Positions 31,701-41,453 are shown, numbered from the stretch's first letter. The stretch is DNA of 64,000 nucleotides from Streptococcaceae bacterium (GCA_031253335.1 JAIRWF010000027.1:97077-161076), one strand, 5' to 3'. Numbers and translations: made by a program. The notes: generated by a model from the letters alone, not told the origin.

Positions 31701-34700
31701 ACGGCCCTTGCTAGTCTTCAAGCAGCGATTAACAATACGTCAGATACCAACTACACCTCAGACGTCGCCACTGCTCAGAACGCTGTAACAACCGCTTATG
31801 CAAGCTATAACTCTGACTATATAGTCTATCTCTCAGAGGCGGCTGTCTATAACAAAGACATCTCGGCTTATGCCTCATCTGCAGGGACAACTGCCAATAC
31901 ACCGATTGACACCGTCACAGCAGGACTTTCCTCAACTGCCGCTAGCTCAACTGTGGCTTCCGCTCTCTCTGTTGCGGCACAAAATCTTGCCTCAATGGCT
32001 AGCTATGTGACGCTTTCAAGCCTTGCATCTACGGTCAATGCCGACTCGATCACGGTCAGTACGACATCAACAGCCTTTGGGTCAGCTCTCTCAAGCTATA
32101 CGACCCTCGCAAATAGTAAGGTTGCGGCTGAATCAACTGTCTATGCGAATGTTTCTAAGACCATGCAGTCGGATACAGCTAGTTACATGAATTCTGTTGT
32201 CTCATCTGCCGTGGCAGCAGGTGTATCCAATACTGCTTCACTGAATAGCCTCGCATGCTCAGCTGCTTCATCCTATGCAAGCTCCGTCCAAGCATCACTT
32301 TCTAGTGCGATAGCAGCTGTAGATAGTAGCTATGCTGCAAGTCTCACCGCTCTTTCAAGCGCACTTGCAGCTGCATCGACTGCTTATAGCTCCGCCACAA
32401 ATGCCTTCTTGAGTGATGCGGCAGCCTACTCGACAGCTTCCTCTCAGGCGATTAACGCCAAATGGCAAAATACTGCGGGCGGGATTGGCTCGGCGTCGCC
32501 AATGGATCTGGGGACTACAAGCTCCGGCATGACATCCTTGATGGCTTCTGCCAACTCGGCTGCAAGTCAGGCACTCTCGTCAGTCGCAAGCTTATCCTTA
32601 GCTAATAGTTCTGCAGACGCCGCTTACAATGCGATCCTCACACCGTATCTCTCAGCTGCGGCGAGCTATGCTGTCCTCTCAAATGCCCTCGTCACGCAAA
32701 ATACGGATGCATCGTCACTTGCGAGCCTTGTGAACGGCTTCCCATTGCCACAAGGGACAACTGGCTCTGCGACTTATTCTGCAACAGGATCTTTGGCCTC
32801 GGACTCGGCAGCTCAATCAATTGCAGCTTCCGCCTATTCAAGTGCTTATACAGCTATTTCCTCTGCATCTGCCTATCTCGCAAACGCATCCTCCAATGCT
32901 ATCTTGGTGGCCCTTCAGTCTGACGTAGGTGTGCCCCTTTCTTCCTTTTCAAGTACTACTTTTGGTTCAAGTGGCACAAGTGCTGCTGGCAAATTGGCTT
33001 ATTATGATATAGTAAGCATCATGGGGAACATGTCAACTCAGTCTGCTCTCACTATTTATAATAATATTTCTACGGCTGTTTTAAAATCAAGTTCAGCTTA
33101 TAGCGTTTTAAGTTCTGCCACGTCGGCACTTTCTAGTGCAAACTCGCAAGCTCTTGCAGACTGGGAAACGAGCTATATCTCATTGGCTAACAAAGTTCAA
33201 AGTGATATCTCGGTAGTCAATGCTGATTCAACCGCTTATTCGCAGGCTCTCTCTACCTATAGCTCGGTGGCGTTATCAAATGCCTATACACCTGGTGCAG
33301 CCAATATTCCAACGACCGCAACGAGTCCGATTTCAAATACCGCGCAGAGTCTTGTGAATACCTTGCAGTCTGGGATGTCGCAGACTGTCACGTCTAGTAA
33401 TCTTTCTAGTGGCACGGGAGTCGTTCCGTCTGATGTTTACAGTTATGCAGTCACCCTTCCTGCGTTAGATGGCTGGTCGGCAGTGAGTGTTGCAGCCGCA
33501 CCACTCAATTCATTGATGCAGTCTGAAAATGCTATCTTTAGCGAAATGACAAGCGTCGCTTCTCAATTGAGCTCCCTAGCTCAAGAGGCTATAAATGATC
33601 AGGCTACCTTGAAAACTGCATCATCTGGACAAGATACTGGAGCCGCTTTTGACTTAGCCCAAATTCCTTCTAGTATGGCAGATTTAAGCGCTTCACTATC
33701 TGCACTTGCGCTGCAAGCAAGTGAAGGGAAAGCTGCAGTCTCTCTAGCTGTTTCTTCCTTCTCTGTGGTTGCTTCCAGCTATGATGCTACGACTGCAGTA
33801 TCACTTGGTATTTTGCCGAAAGCGACTCAGATTGAACAGCTCGTTTCAAATAATGTCATTGCCTTAAATGGAGATTTGTGGATGTTTGGCGTGACTGGAC
33901 TTAATGGGCAGAATGGTAGTGGTACGAGCTGGCTAGCCGATTCACAAACTGGTGAATATACGCTCATCTCTAAAGCAATTGTCTCGATTGAAGATGGTTT
34001 TAATGGTTTGACTTCCTATACGAATGCGGCAAGTAGCATGACTAGTTTTGAGACCTATGAAGAGTGGAACGCTGCAAATGGCGGCACGTCAAGTGATGCT
34101 GCAGTCGGAGATAACCTTGGCTCATACTGGGATTACGTCTTTACCGCAGTGTACGGTAAAGCTTACGACTCTTCTGCTGATAGTAATACTGGCTGGATGC
34201 TTGATGGTAACTGGATGGTAAACACAGCATATGGTAGTGCCTATGCAAATGGTCAATGGGGAACGCCAACAGCAGCAAATACCTATCAAATCGCAGTTGC
34301 TCTAGGCATGCCAACTGGTCTTAATACAGTCACTCCGATGACACCACAAGCTGGCGTCTCAACGTCCTTTACGGCAACAAAGGTGACAACTAGTTCTGAG
34401 ACCACGACGCCTGCTCCTGCCCCAGGTCTTGTCAGTCTCACAAGCTATGCAACGTCTGGCGTAACACTCACTTTTGCGTCATCAGCAGCTGTCTCACTTA
34501 CGACGCCAAATGTCACAATGGGCTCGACCGTAGCACCTGGGCCTGGCTCTGAGCTTGCTTCAGCGGCCTTTAGCTCGATTGCAAGTATTTCTCTTGCGAC
34601 GCCTGTATCAGGCGCCGCGGTGAATAGTCCATCGGATTATGCAGTCTCTGTCGCAGGAAGCCAAGTCTCTGATGCGACGAGCGTGGCTTATACGCCAGCA

Positions 34701-37610
34701 TCATCATCCGCTTATAGCTCAGTGGCTGTCTCTGGTACGACCGTAGGTAGTGCGCTTGATGTCGATCTCAAGAGCCTGGCAAATAGCGCCGTGACATCTG
34801 CCACAGGTCCTAGCCTTGCTGTGACCTCTGTTGCACCAAACTCTGCTTCGAGCTACCTTGCGACAAGTGTCTCAGGTGCGACGGTAGATTCTGGTGAGAG
34901 TGCGGCCTACACCTGGACTGGCGTGACGAGTCTTGGCGACGTCAGTCTTACTAGCGTTGCGGTAAGCTCCGTCTATCCATTGGCACAGTCTAGCTTCACA
35001 TCCAGCCTTTCTGTTTCAACGACCTTCGTCTCAGATAGTATTGCTGTAGGCTATGCAGCTACCGCTAGCTCAACCTTCACGAGTGTCGGCTCAAGTCTCG
35101 CAACTGTGTCTGATGCTGTTTTGGGAAGCTATAGTGCATCAAGTGCCTCAAGCTTTAGCTCGGTCGGTTCTGTCACGGCGAGCGTTTCAAACGCTGTCGT
35201 CGGTGACTACAGTAATGCAGATAGTGCCGGCTTTGGCACGGTAGCAAGTAGCCTTGCCACTGTCTCAAACGCTGTCCTTGGTGCTTATACAAACATGGCA
35301 AGCTCCGCCTTTGGTGCTAGTGTCTCGATGACGAGCCTTATCGGCCAAAGCGTCTATCCAGCGTCGAGCCTGTCGATGGATAGCGTGACGGCCAGTACGG
35401 CGACTGTCTCAGACGCCGTTGGGGCCAGCTATACCACTGCCAGCTCTGAAGTCTTCTCGAGCGCCGATAGCATGAGTACCCTCTCTACGACGAGTGTCTA
35501 TCCACTTTCGAGCTCCAGCATGGATAGTGTCACAGGCCAAAGTGCGAGTGTGAGTGATGCTGTGACGACAAGCTACACCAACGCAAGTAGCGAAGTGTTT
35601 AGCTCAGCAGATAGTATGAGTACCTTGAGCGCGACAAGTGTCTATCCACTCTCTAGCTCAAGCGTTTCTAGCGCAGTCGGTCAGACGGCGACGGTCTCTA
35701 ACGCGAGTGATGCGAGTGTGGCGAGTCTCGCCCCATCTAGTCTTGACTCAGCCCCTGGCTTGCCTGATATTACTGTCAATGGCGTCTATGACCCTGTTGC
35801 CAATGCCTTTCCAACGGTCAGCGCAACGCCAACCACAGTTAGCTTTTCAGCGGCTGCAAGTTATAGTCCTGCTACACTGAGCACACTTGCCTCAGCGCCT
35901 TTGACAGATAGTCTCACGACGACGAGCGTTTATCCAGCAGGTTCCTATCTTGCGCCATGGATTGACATTGAAAAGACTTCAGGGTCTGGCGCAACCGCTG
36001 GAATCGGGATGAACTCAGATAGTTCAGACAATCTTGGCAATAGCACGACCTTGCAAGATGCCGATACGGAGAGCACGGCGGTTTATATCAAGTATGGCAA
36101 CTCAACGGCGATTAACTTCCTCGTCACAAATAACGGGAATGAAGACCTGACAGAAGTCATGGTAAGCGATAAACAGCTCACGGGGTCGCTTGCTGTTGGG
36201 ACGATTACGTGGACCTATAATGGCGAGACCTTGAGTATTAACAGCAATGGCTACTTGAGCTCGCCAAATGCAGATGAGAACGACGCCGATGGTAACTTTA
36301 TCTTCAAGATTGGGGATCAAATCGTGGGGACCGCGATTCTTCCTGCGGATACTGCTGCAGGTGTCTATGAAGGCGATGAAGCTTCTGTCACGGGGATTGG
36401 CGTTACTTCTCGTAAGCCAGTTTCTGATACGGATGACTGGTACGGGATTACCGAGACGCCAAGTATTGATATTGAAAAAGTCTCTGGCTCAGGCGTTGTT
36501 GCGGGGAACGGTAACTATAGTGATAGCGACAATAATCTTGGGAATACTTCGAGTCTCCAAGACGCAGACACGGAAAGCACGGCGGTTTATCGTCCTGAGG
36601 GTGATACTACGCAGATTACCTTCCTCATCACAAATAACGGCACCGAAGCCCTGACAAATGTTGCTGTGAGCGATGAACAACTCACTGGATCTGTCGAAGT
36701 TGGCACGATTACTTGGACTTATCAAGGTCAGACTTTGAGTCGTGATGCAAATGGTAACTTTATCCTCCCTGATGGGACGGAGCTTGTCTTGCCTGTCGAA
36801 GATGGGACAGGCATTGGCCAGATTATAGGTACGGCGACACTTCCAGCGCTTGTTGCAGGAGAAGTGGATGGTGACGAAGCAGCGGTTACTGCGGTTGGCG
36901 TGAAGTCAGGTATTTCAGTCGGCGATAACGATAAATGGTACGGCATTACCGAAAAACCAAGTATTGATATTGAAAAGACGAATGATGCCCCTGGCCTTGC
37001 GGGTAACGGGATGAATACCGATACGGCTAATAACGATGGTGTCAATGACCATGATACAGAGGCCACTGCGGATCAAGTCGCTAATGGCAAGAGTACGCAG
37101 ATTTATTTCCATATTACGAATAACGGGACAGAAAATCTGATTGATGTCAAGGCGAGCGACCAGCAGCTTGAAGGCGATAAGCAGGTTGGTCCAATCACGT
37201 GGACCTATGATGGCACCGTCCTCACGGAAGATAGCAATGGGTACTTCCTCTTGAATGGACAACCGTTTGTCTTCAAGGTGGGTGATAGTATTATTGGTAC
37301 GGCGACGCTTCCTGCTTTGACGCCTGGTGTGATGGTGGGCGATAAGGCGACCGTCACAGGTATCGGGCAGATTTCAGGCTTACCAGTATCCGATAGTGAT
37401 TCGTGGTATGGCGAGACGCCGAAAGTGCCTGCGAAAGCAGTGACACCAACACCTAGTCCTAAACCAACAAGCTCTAAACCGACGTCACGGACCCTTCCTC
37501 AGACGGGGGACGAAAATGGCGATGCTGCACTGCTTGCGGGTGAGGCCATGGCGATGGTTGCTATGGGCTTTGCGGTTAATAAGCGCAGACGGGCTAAGAA
37601 AAGTAAGTGA
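22749..37610 (+). CDS. Giant (~4950 aa) Ser/Ala-rich LPxTG cell-wall-anchored protein / adhesin
   Basis: KxYKxGKxW-type signal (HYRTWKAGKTWLY), long helical Ser/Ala/Tyr modules, Trp/Gly-rich central domain, S/T/V-rich segment, three Ig-like repeats, LPQTG + hydrophobic + basic tail. Confidence 0.93.
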   Translation: MATEHTAGMHVSNSKTRERYLALHVGEETSTQKTTHYRTWKAGKTWLYGAATFTIVAGAGQATAVNATTNLVHDGFEWAEANLAVKNVYADVITSSTASSSADSTSSTPQSQASTQSTTPVASSITPVTSSSTTSLASETPASSTAPVTKTLAADTDSSSSTTSSSSSAEASSQSASTTSASSTSSTTSSSATSSLTTPSTADSLNVVASSLYSSALAQSEAAANVIQIVNNLASSANVAATSIASMTDVASQAAALSSFAGAQSTYINTASSNMIVAISNYQAALDAYNSFLSANSMATTGGSNSLVATSMDASSYMAAVSSYSSAVQSYVASAQSLIASNQAWIAAQNAASSALAVVNSDIAATKSAASLVNSALSNEAAVANNAPVIDSNSVDAFGAPKDPSAFAASMSAAWAAYNSAVSSAAIPASSALAAYLSSEAQFEIDASTFNSIYATQPSAFATYSEVAISSIAQSFATETSTADSTMSSIASAGSQALDSASSYGSAFASAESLYKVASSDAAVTSSYVDQIKALESSAAITASSIAALPAGSEQSSLMASFAAATASSLADLESAFSAADSQYEADRTSYTDYLSQENIQPTQSDGNIGVDQSSMASFASGVNSYISYLSSATQVTESNSANSSAYVAASNAASAVTSDNAVLSSLASLVNSAIAAQSSAVAGDPTNASLYSLQNSIAASAASSALAAYSSAADTYNTAVGSYNTIVSSAGSLLSSYATIDASSAASSLASSLTAASSVVTANSTTASSFASATGTSQSENSVASSYYVTASTASKTASSAISYANSLVAALNSEAAALSGVSDAASLSAFSSAVSLYNSYVNGDLTSAVTAYSSAQSDYNSYLSANSLTTTSTNSSDASTPTLSDYLTAENSYSTAASSYVVTANSVIADNSSNVVAQSNASAALSAVNSANTALSQAASLANSAIAAQSTAVTGDATNASAYSLANSIAASTAASALAAYSTAADTYNSAASSYDAIVSNNPSAFSSAGSIDTSSVASSLASSLANASSVVTANSTTASSYASYVGNSQSENSTASSYYATASTASKTASSAISYANSLVTALNSEASALSGISDAASLSAFSNAVSAYNSYVNGDLTSAVTAYSSAQSDYNSYLSANSLTTTSANSSDASTPTLSDYLTAENSYSTAASSYVSTANSILADNSSNIVAQNSASAALSAVNSANTALSQAASLVNSAISQEASLTSDTALLQTTAQWENYNKQVSLAASVANSYLVQYASSEATYSAAASSYNAIVSDNPSAFSSYSTVDTDSVASSIAASSAAASTVVSQNSVAASTAASTAASQNSENASAASLYSSAVAASQAASSEISTANSMVAALNKSAAALSGISETSSQASALSAYSDAVASYLTEVDGNLSSAVSSYATALSAYSDYVSANSLSTTSLNSSDATSSTFASYASLASSYSSAVSAYEASATATISSNSSNTAAQSSASSALSALSSANAALSSAASSLNSAIAQEASLTSLGSGDNSGWTQADWNNYQKQVSLAASTAAVLLSSYETAQTAYNATASNFDDVLSSNPAAFSSSSSVDLTSVATSFASENASAQSAISGNSSLAASALASATVTITNNGSNNAAQTQASQAKAALSIANTALSNAADNLNSAIASEASLTALGTSDNAGWTQTDWNNYDKQVSQAASMATAALNSYEAAQASYTTAASSFNAVLSSNPAAFSSSSSVDLSSVASSFATENASAQSAITTNSTAASSALSSATTTISSNNSMAAAQSSASVASAAVVTANTALSNAASALNDAIASEASLTSLNSSATSGWTQADWNNYQKQVSQAASLAAKALTSYEAAQTSYSSAASSFNAILSANPSAFSASSNVDLSSVATSFSSENASAQSAISGNSSLAASALASATSTIASNSSNAAAQSSASVASSAVASDNSVLASLATKLSSAMSQEASLANTTPSYTSGMNLSSFASSLAAYSTAVSNAAASAANILEQYNSAQSQASSDAASFTAIITANPSAFTSSQVTDATSVANSLTSNSITASSAISSIATLVSNTVASGNSIVSLNSTASSYYLAASQAGAIDSTAASSLNSVVSSANTVMSSIAAMPNSTVSQAAAQSAAITSLSAAVSQALNMDLTTLSSANAAYQSAVSSYNSYLSANNLTTSGGTNTTPSSALTPTISDYQTDVNNYQTSLSSLTVVASTNSSNAVASSLASSAVAKVDADSTAVSNAASSLNSLIAIEVSLANVASANSANWTPTSWASYNSAVSAAAKSANSALNVYNNATNSYTQDASTYMSLMSANSSAFTSYTQISVASYVAAFSSEATAASDAIGSISDTASQTAASNTTIYSQNSTASSYYVAASNAQVTASSVVAAMNNEMSSLNSTLSSIAALPNSTAASAAAQSAAMSSAVAAYNNYVNVNSAALYGDVNAYQAALDSYNSYLAANSLTTTASTATSALSTPTNISSYANSLSSYASSLASISAVTSTNAVQQSAYSTASALGSTVNADNSSLSTAASSLNSLIASEVSIANATPSSDASGVITSAQWSSYNTAVSNAAASAATALSAYEKLQSSYQTALISYNNYIQTNSSALSATSYGPIGNSDSASGTPDLGAVITSFTNYNISASATISTVSSTASSAAVYGTSVTASNASMSAAWSLASSLETRVNNDSTAIATDATNVSNALSAEASYANSNTPKFSSGETTASYSAAWSGYNSALSSYASLASTAISQYNSDVAVFNTDATSFNSAISANPSAFSTYTSVANLSSLVANLQSSATAALSVANSIVAVGTSTASLANTNDSGYAKASSDAQVVNTDATALSTAGSSVVSAANALSSAVANSALLISNSSAYQASITSLETALSSLNGVYQSSLATYSAAVSQFNKDASAYSATPSNTSLDITSFMNQVNAVVSGASYNASTVASELAMASQVASANGSNQAAYSSAVASSQALSSTASQLATEKTALNTALASLQAAINNTSDTNYTSDVATAQNAVTTAYASYNSDYIVYLSEAAVYNKDISAYASSAGTTANTPIDTVTAGLSSTAASSTVASALSVAAQNLASMASYVTLSSLASTVNADSITVSTTSTAFGSALSSYTTLANSKVAAESTVYANVSKTMQSDTASYMNSVVSSAVAAGVSNTASLNSLACSAASSYASSVQASLSSAIAAVDSSYAASLTALSSALAAASTAYSSATNAFLSDAAAYSTASSQAINAKWQNTAGGIGSASPMDLGTTSSGMTSLMASANSAASQALSSVASLSLANSSADAAYNAILTPYLSAAASYAVLSNALVTQNTDASSLASLVNGFPLPQGTTGSATYSATGSLASDSAAQSIAASAYSSAYTAISSASAYLANASSNAILVALQSDVGVPLSSFSSTTFGSSGTSAAGKLAYYDIVSIMGNMSTQSALTIYNNISTAVLKSSSAYSVLSSATSALSSANSQALADWETSYISLANKVQSDISVVNADSTAYSQALSTYSSVALSNAYTPGAANIPTTATSPISNTAQSLVNTLQSGMSQTVTSSNLSSGTGVVPSDVYSYAVTLPALDGWSAVSVAAAPLNSLMQSENAIFSEMTSVASQLSSLAQEAINDQATLKTASSGQDTGAAFDLAQIPSSMADLSASLSALALQASEGKAAVSLAVSSFSVVASSYDATTAVSLGILPKATQIEQLVSNNVIALNGDLWMFGVTGLNGQNGSGTSWLADSQTGEYTLISKAIVSIEDGFNGLTSYTNAASSMTSFETYEEWNAANGGTSSDAAVGDNLGSYWDYVFTAVYGKAYDSSADSNTGWMLDGNWMVNTAYGSAYANGQWGTPTAANTYQIAVALGMPTGLNTVTPMTPQAGVSTSFTATKVTTSSETTTPAPAPGLVSLTSYATSGVTLTFASSAAVSLTTPNVTMGSTVAPGPGSELASAAFSSIASISLATPVSGAAVNSPSDYAVSVAGSQVSDATSVAYTPASSSAYSSVAVSGTTVGSALDVDLKSLANSAVTSATGPSLAVTSVAPNSASSYLATSVSGATVDSGESAAYTWTGVTSLGDVSLTSVAVSSVYPLAQSSFTSSLSVSTTFVSDSIAVGYAATASSTFTSVGSSLATVSDAVLGSYSASSASSFSSVGSVTASVSNAVVGDYSNADSAGFGTVASSLATVSNAVLGAYTNMASSAFGASVSMTSLIGQSVYPASSLSMDSVTASTATVSDAVGASYTTASSEVFSSADSMSTLSTTSVYPLSSSSMDSVTGQSASVSDAVTTSYTNASSEVFSSADSMSTLSATSVYPLSSSSVSSAVGQTATVSNASDASVASLAPSSLDSAPGLPDITVNGVYDPVANAFPTVSATPTTVSFSAAASYSPATLSTLASAPLTDSLTTTSVYPAGSYLAPWIDIEKTSGSGATAGIGMNSDSSDNLGNSTTLQDADTESTAVYIKYGNSTAINFLVTNNGNEDLTEVMVSDKQLTGSLAVGTITWTYNGETLSINSNGYLSSPNADENDADGNFIFKIGDQIVGTAILPADTAAGVYEGDEASVTGIGVTSRKPVSDTDDWYGITETPSIDIEKVSGSGVVAGNGNYSDSDNNLGNTSSLQDADTESTAVYRPEGDTTQITFLITNNGTEALTNVAVSDEQLTGSVEVGTITWTYQGQTLSRDANGNFILPDGTELVLPVEDGTGIGQIIGTATLPALVAGEVDGDEAAVTAVGVKSGISVGDNDKWYGITEKPSIDIEKTNDAPGLAGNGMNTDTANNDGVNDHDTEATADQVANGKSTQIYFHITNNGTENLIDVKASDQQLEGDKQVGPITWTYDGTVLTEDSNGYFLLNGQPFVFKVGDSIIGTATLPALTPGVMVGDKATVTGIGQISGLPVSDSDSWYGETPKVPAKAVTPTPSPKPTSSKPTSRTLPQTGDENGDAALLAGEAMAMVAMGFAVNKRRRAKKSK
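24690..28640 (+). repeat. Internal tandem repeats of the giant protein (819-bp and 450-bp periods)
   Basis: ATTTCCTATGCGAATAG at 25155 and 25974 (819 bp = 273 aa); GGCTGGAC (GWTQxDW) at 27303, 27753, 28203 (450 bp = 150 aa). Confidence 0.9.
35955..37420 (+). repeat. Three ~166-aa Ig-like repeats
   Basis: IDIEK at 35961, 36465, 36963; each has TNNG.E.L..V.VSD, ITWTY, VSD.D.WYG. Confidence 0.88.
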
Positions 37611-37625
37611 TTACGTTAAGAAATG

Positions 37626-37648
37626 AAACTCCCTTCGGGGAGTTTTTT
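37626..37648 (+). terminator. Intrinsic terminator
   Basis: AAACTCCC-TTCG-GGGAGTTT followed by Ts. Confidence 0.85.
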
Positions 37649-37693
37649 AGCTCGTAATCTTTGATTGAAATCGCTTTCTTGGCGTGCAAAAAA

Positions 37694-37722
37694 TTGCTTT
37701 TTGAGAGAAAAAGGACTATAAT
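37694..37722 (+). promoter_or_regulatory. Putative atp operon promoter
   Basis: TTGCTT-17 bp-TATAAT. Confidence 0.65.
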
Positions 37723-37775
37723 TTTGGAGTATTAAAAATTGCGGAATTCCGCTACTTAGAAAGAGGTCAAACTTA

Positions 37776-37991
37776 ATGACTATTACACTTGCAGCTTTAA
37801 AAGCAGTCGCAGTCGGTCTCGGCGCACTTGGTGCGTCTATCGGTGATGCGCTTGTTGTCTCAAGTTTCATCAACTCTGTGGCTCGCCAGCCTGAAATGGA
37901 GTCGAAGCTCCGTACGAACATGTTCTTGGGTATCGGTCTTGCCGAAGGTACTTTCTTCATCGCCCTTGCCATGGCATTTGTGTTTAACTAA
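37776..37991 (+). CDS. atpE: ATP synthase F0 subunit c
   Basis: ARQPE loop, GIGLAEG. Confidence 0.97.
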   Translation: MTITLAALKAVAVGLGALGASIGDALVVSSFINSVARQPEMESKLRTNMFLGIGLAEGTFFIALAMAFVFN

Positions 37992-37993
37992 GA

Positions 37994-38107
37994 TGAGTAA
38001 AGCGCTTGAGAGCTACCTGATTGTAGCAATTGGCGCTGTTTATTGACTTGGACGAAGTCCAAGCAGTGCCGAGAGCAGCAACTTAGGTAGCTAGCGCTTG
38101 GCACTCA
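37994..38107. repeat. Long imperfect palindrome in the atpE-atpB spacer
   Basis: Nested pairs TGAGT/ACTCA, AAGCGCT/AGCGCTT, AGCTACCT/AGGTAGCT, apex CTTGGAC-GAA-GTCCAAG. Confidence 0.8.
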
Positions 38108-38138
38108 GTTAAAATTAAAACGAAAGGAGAAGTAGCAA

Positions 38139-38864
38139 ATGGAACAAAATCCGATACTCAAGCTTGGGCCTTTGGCCTTTAATGCCACCTTGCTTTATAT
38201 GACGGCTTTGTCGATTGTCATTGTCTTTGTGCTAGTCTTTATTGCAAGTCGCAAGATGACGCTCCGGCCTGCGGGCAAGCAAAATGTGCTGGAGTATGTG
38301 GTCGAGCTATCTTCTGGCATTGCGCGGGATAATCTCGGTGCGAAAGAAGCACCTCGCTTTAGTTTGTTCAACTTTGTGCTCTTTTCCTTCCTCTTGATTG
38401 CCAATAATATTGGACTTTTGACGCACTTGGAAGTCGCAACAAAGACGGGAGATTTGTCCTATTGGTCGTCTCCCACGTCGAACGCGACCTTAACCTTGAC
38501 TTTTGCAATGCTCGTTTTGGTACTTGCAAATGGTCTCGGGGTGCAGCAATTTGGCTTTGGCAAGTATTTCAAGAATGCTTTCATTAAGGACCCTGTGGGC
38601 ATTATGTTACCTTTGGGGCTTTTAGAAGAATTCACGAATACCCTGTCTTTGGGCCTTCGAATTTATGGGAATATCATGGCGGGCGAAGTCATGCTGGGTC
38701 TGATTTGCCAACTGGGTCTTTTGACTTGGTGGACGGGACCAATTGGTGTGATTTTAGCAACTTTGTGGATTGCTTTTTCCATCTTTATTTCCGCCTTGCA
38801 AGCCTACATTTTCGTCCTCTTGTCCAATATTTATATCAGTCATAAGATCCTTGAAGAGGATTAA
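38139..38864 (+). CDS. atpB: ATP synthase F0 subunit a
   Basis: KQNVLEY, SPTS, LSLGLRIYGNIMAGEV, LQAYIF. Confidence 0.97.
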   Translation: MEQNPILKLGPLAFNATLLYMTALSIVIVFVLVFIASRKMTLRPAGKQNVLEYVVELSSGIARDNLGAKEAPRFSLFNFVLFSFLLIANNIGLLTHLEVATKTGDLSYWSSPTSNATLTLTFAMLVLVLANGLGVQQFGFGKYFKNAFIKDPVGIMLPLGLLEEFTNTLSLGLRIYGNIMAGEVMLGLICQLGLLTWWTGPIGVILATLWIAFSIFISALQAYIFVLLSNIYISHKILEED

Positions 38865-38889
38865 GTAATCAAGTAGAAAGGAACATTGT

Positions 38890-39393
38890 ATGGGACAAAT
38901 TGATGTAGCAACAACCTCTACAGTACTTGGAAATGTCATCATTTCAACGGGTGGCTTTCTGATTTTAATTGTTTTGATTCGTGCCTTTGCCTGGAAGCAG
39001 ATTACATCTATCTTCACGGCACGTGCGAAGAAAATCAATGACGATATTGATGCCGCTGAAGAAGCGCACAAGACCGCAGCTGAGCTTGTGGAAACGCGTC
39101 AGAAAGAATTGAACGGCGCCAAAGCAGAAGCCGCTGGCATTATTGATACAGCGAATGAAACTGCCCGTCAGAATACAGATAAAGCGACCAAGGCTGCACA
39201 AGCAGAAGCTGAGGCGATTAAAAATCGTGCTACAGCAGATATTGAGCAGGAGCGCAAGGAAGCGCTGGGTTCTGTCAAATCTGACGTGGCGAATATCAGC
39301 GTGCAAATTGCTGAAAAGTTGATTGGTAAGAACTTGTCAGCTGATGATCAGAGCGCATTGATTGATGAATATATTGCGAAGTTGGGTGATTGA
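38890..39393 (+). CDS. atpF: ATP synthase F0 subunit b
   Basis: TM + FAWK, coiled coil, AEKLIGKNL. Confidence 0.95.
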   Translation: MGQIDVATTSTVLGNVIISTGGFLILIVLIRAFAWKQITSIFTARAKKINDDIDAAEEAHKTAAELVETRQKELNGAKAEAAGIIDTANETARQNTDKATKAAQAEAEAIKNRATADIEQERKEALGSVKSDVANISVQIAEKLIGKNLSADDQSALIDEYIAKLGD

Positions 39394-39395
39394 GC

Positions 39396-39914
39396 ATGGC
39401 ATTAGAAACCTATTCCAAAGCTTTGCTCGAAGTCGCGCAGGAGAAAAATCAGCTCGACGCTGTGCTTGACGAGGTCCGTCAACTCTCCAAAGTCGCCACT
39501 GACAATCAACTCAAAGCATTCTTTAACAATCCGGCAATTTCTGACAGCGACAAATCAAGTATATTAGATAGCTTGAAGACAGGGGCGTCAGATTTGATGG
39601 CTAATTTACTCGATACGATCCGCGCGAACGGCCGTTTGTCAGATTTGACAGACATCTTGGACGAAGTCAACACAGAAGCCAACAAGCTGTTTAAAATTTC
39701 TGACGTCACTGTGACCTCTGCTGTCAAGCTGTCGGACGCTCAGACGTCGAAGCTGTCAAATTTGACGAAGCAAAAATTTGACCTCAATGAAATTACGCTG
39801 TCGAACACTGTGGATGAAAGTATCCTAGGAGGCTTCATCATCAACGCACGCGGCAAAATCATTGACGCTAGTATCAAAACACAACTGAGCAAACTCGCTC
39901 AGAGCTTAAACTAA
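39396..39914 (+). CDS. atpH: ATP synthase F1 subunit delta
   Basis: YSKALLEVA, VTSAVKL, VDESILGGFII...IDASIKTQL. Confidence 0.95.
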   Translation: MALETYSKALLEVAQEKNQLDAVLDEVRQLSKVATDNQLKAFFNNPAISDSDKSSILDSLKTGASDLMANLLDTIRANGRLSDLTDILDEVNTEANKLFKISDVTVTSAVKLSDAQTSKLSNLTKQKFDLNEITLSNTVDESILGGFIINARGKIIDASIKTQLSKLAQSLN

Positions 39915-39929
39915 AAGGAAGGGAGCTAA

Positions 39930-41453
<1,524 letters not shown>

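Noticed and set aside
22819-37262. Many alternate-frame and antisense ORFs inside the giant gene
   Set aside because: By-products of low-complexity Ser/Ala codons; no motifs or RBS
22749-37610. Classical serine-rich repeat glycoprotein (SRRP) locus
   Set aside because: No SX dipeptide arrays and no neighbouring accessory Sec or glycosyltransferase genes
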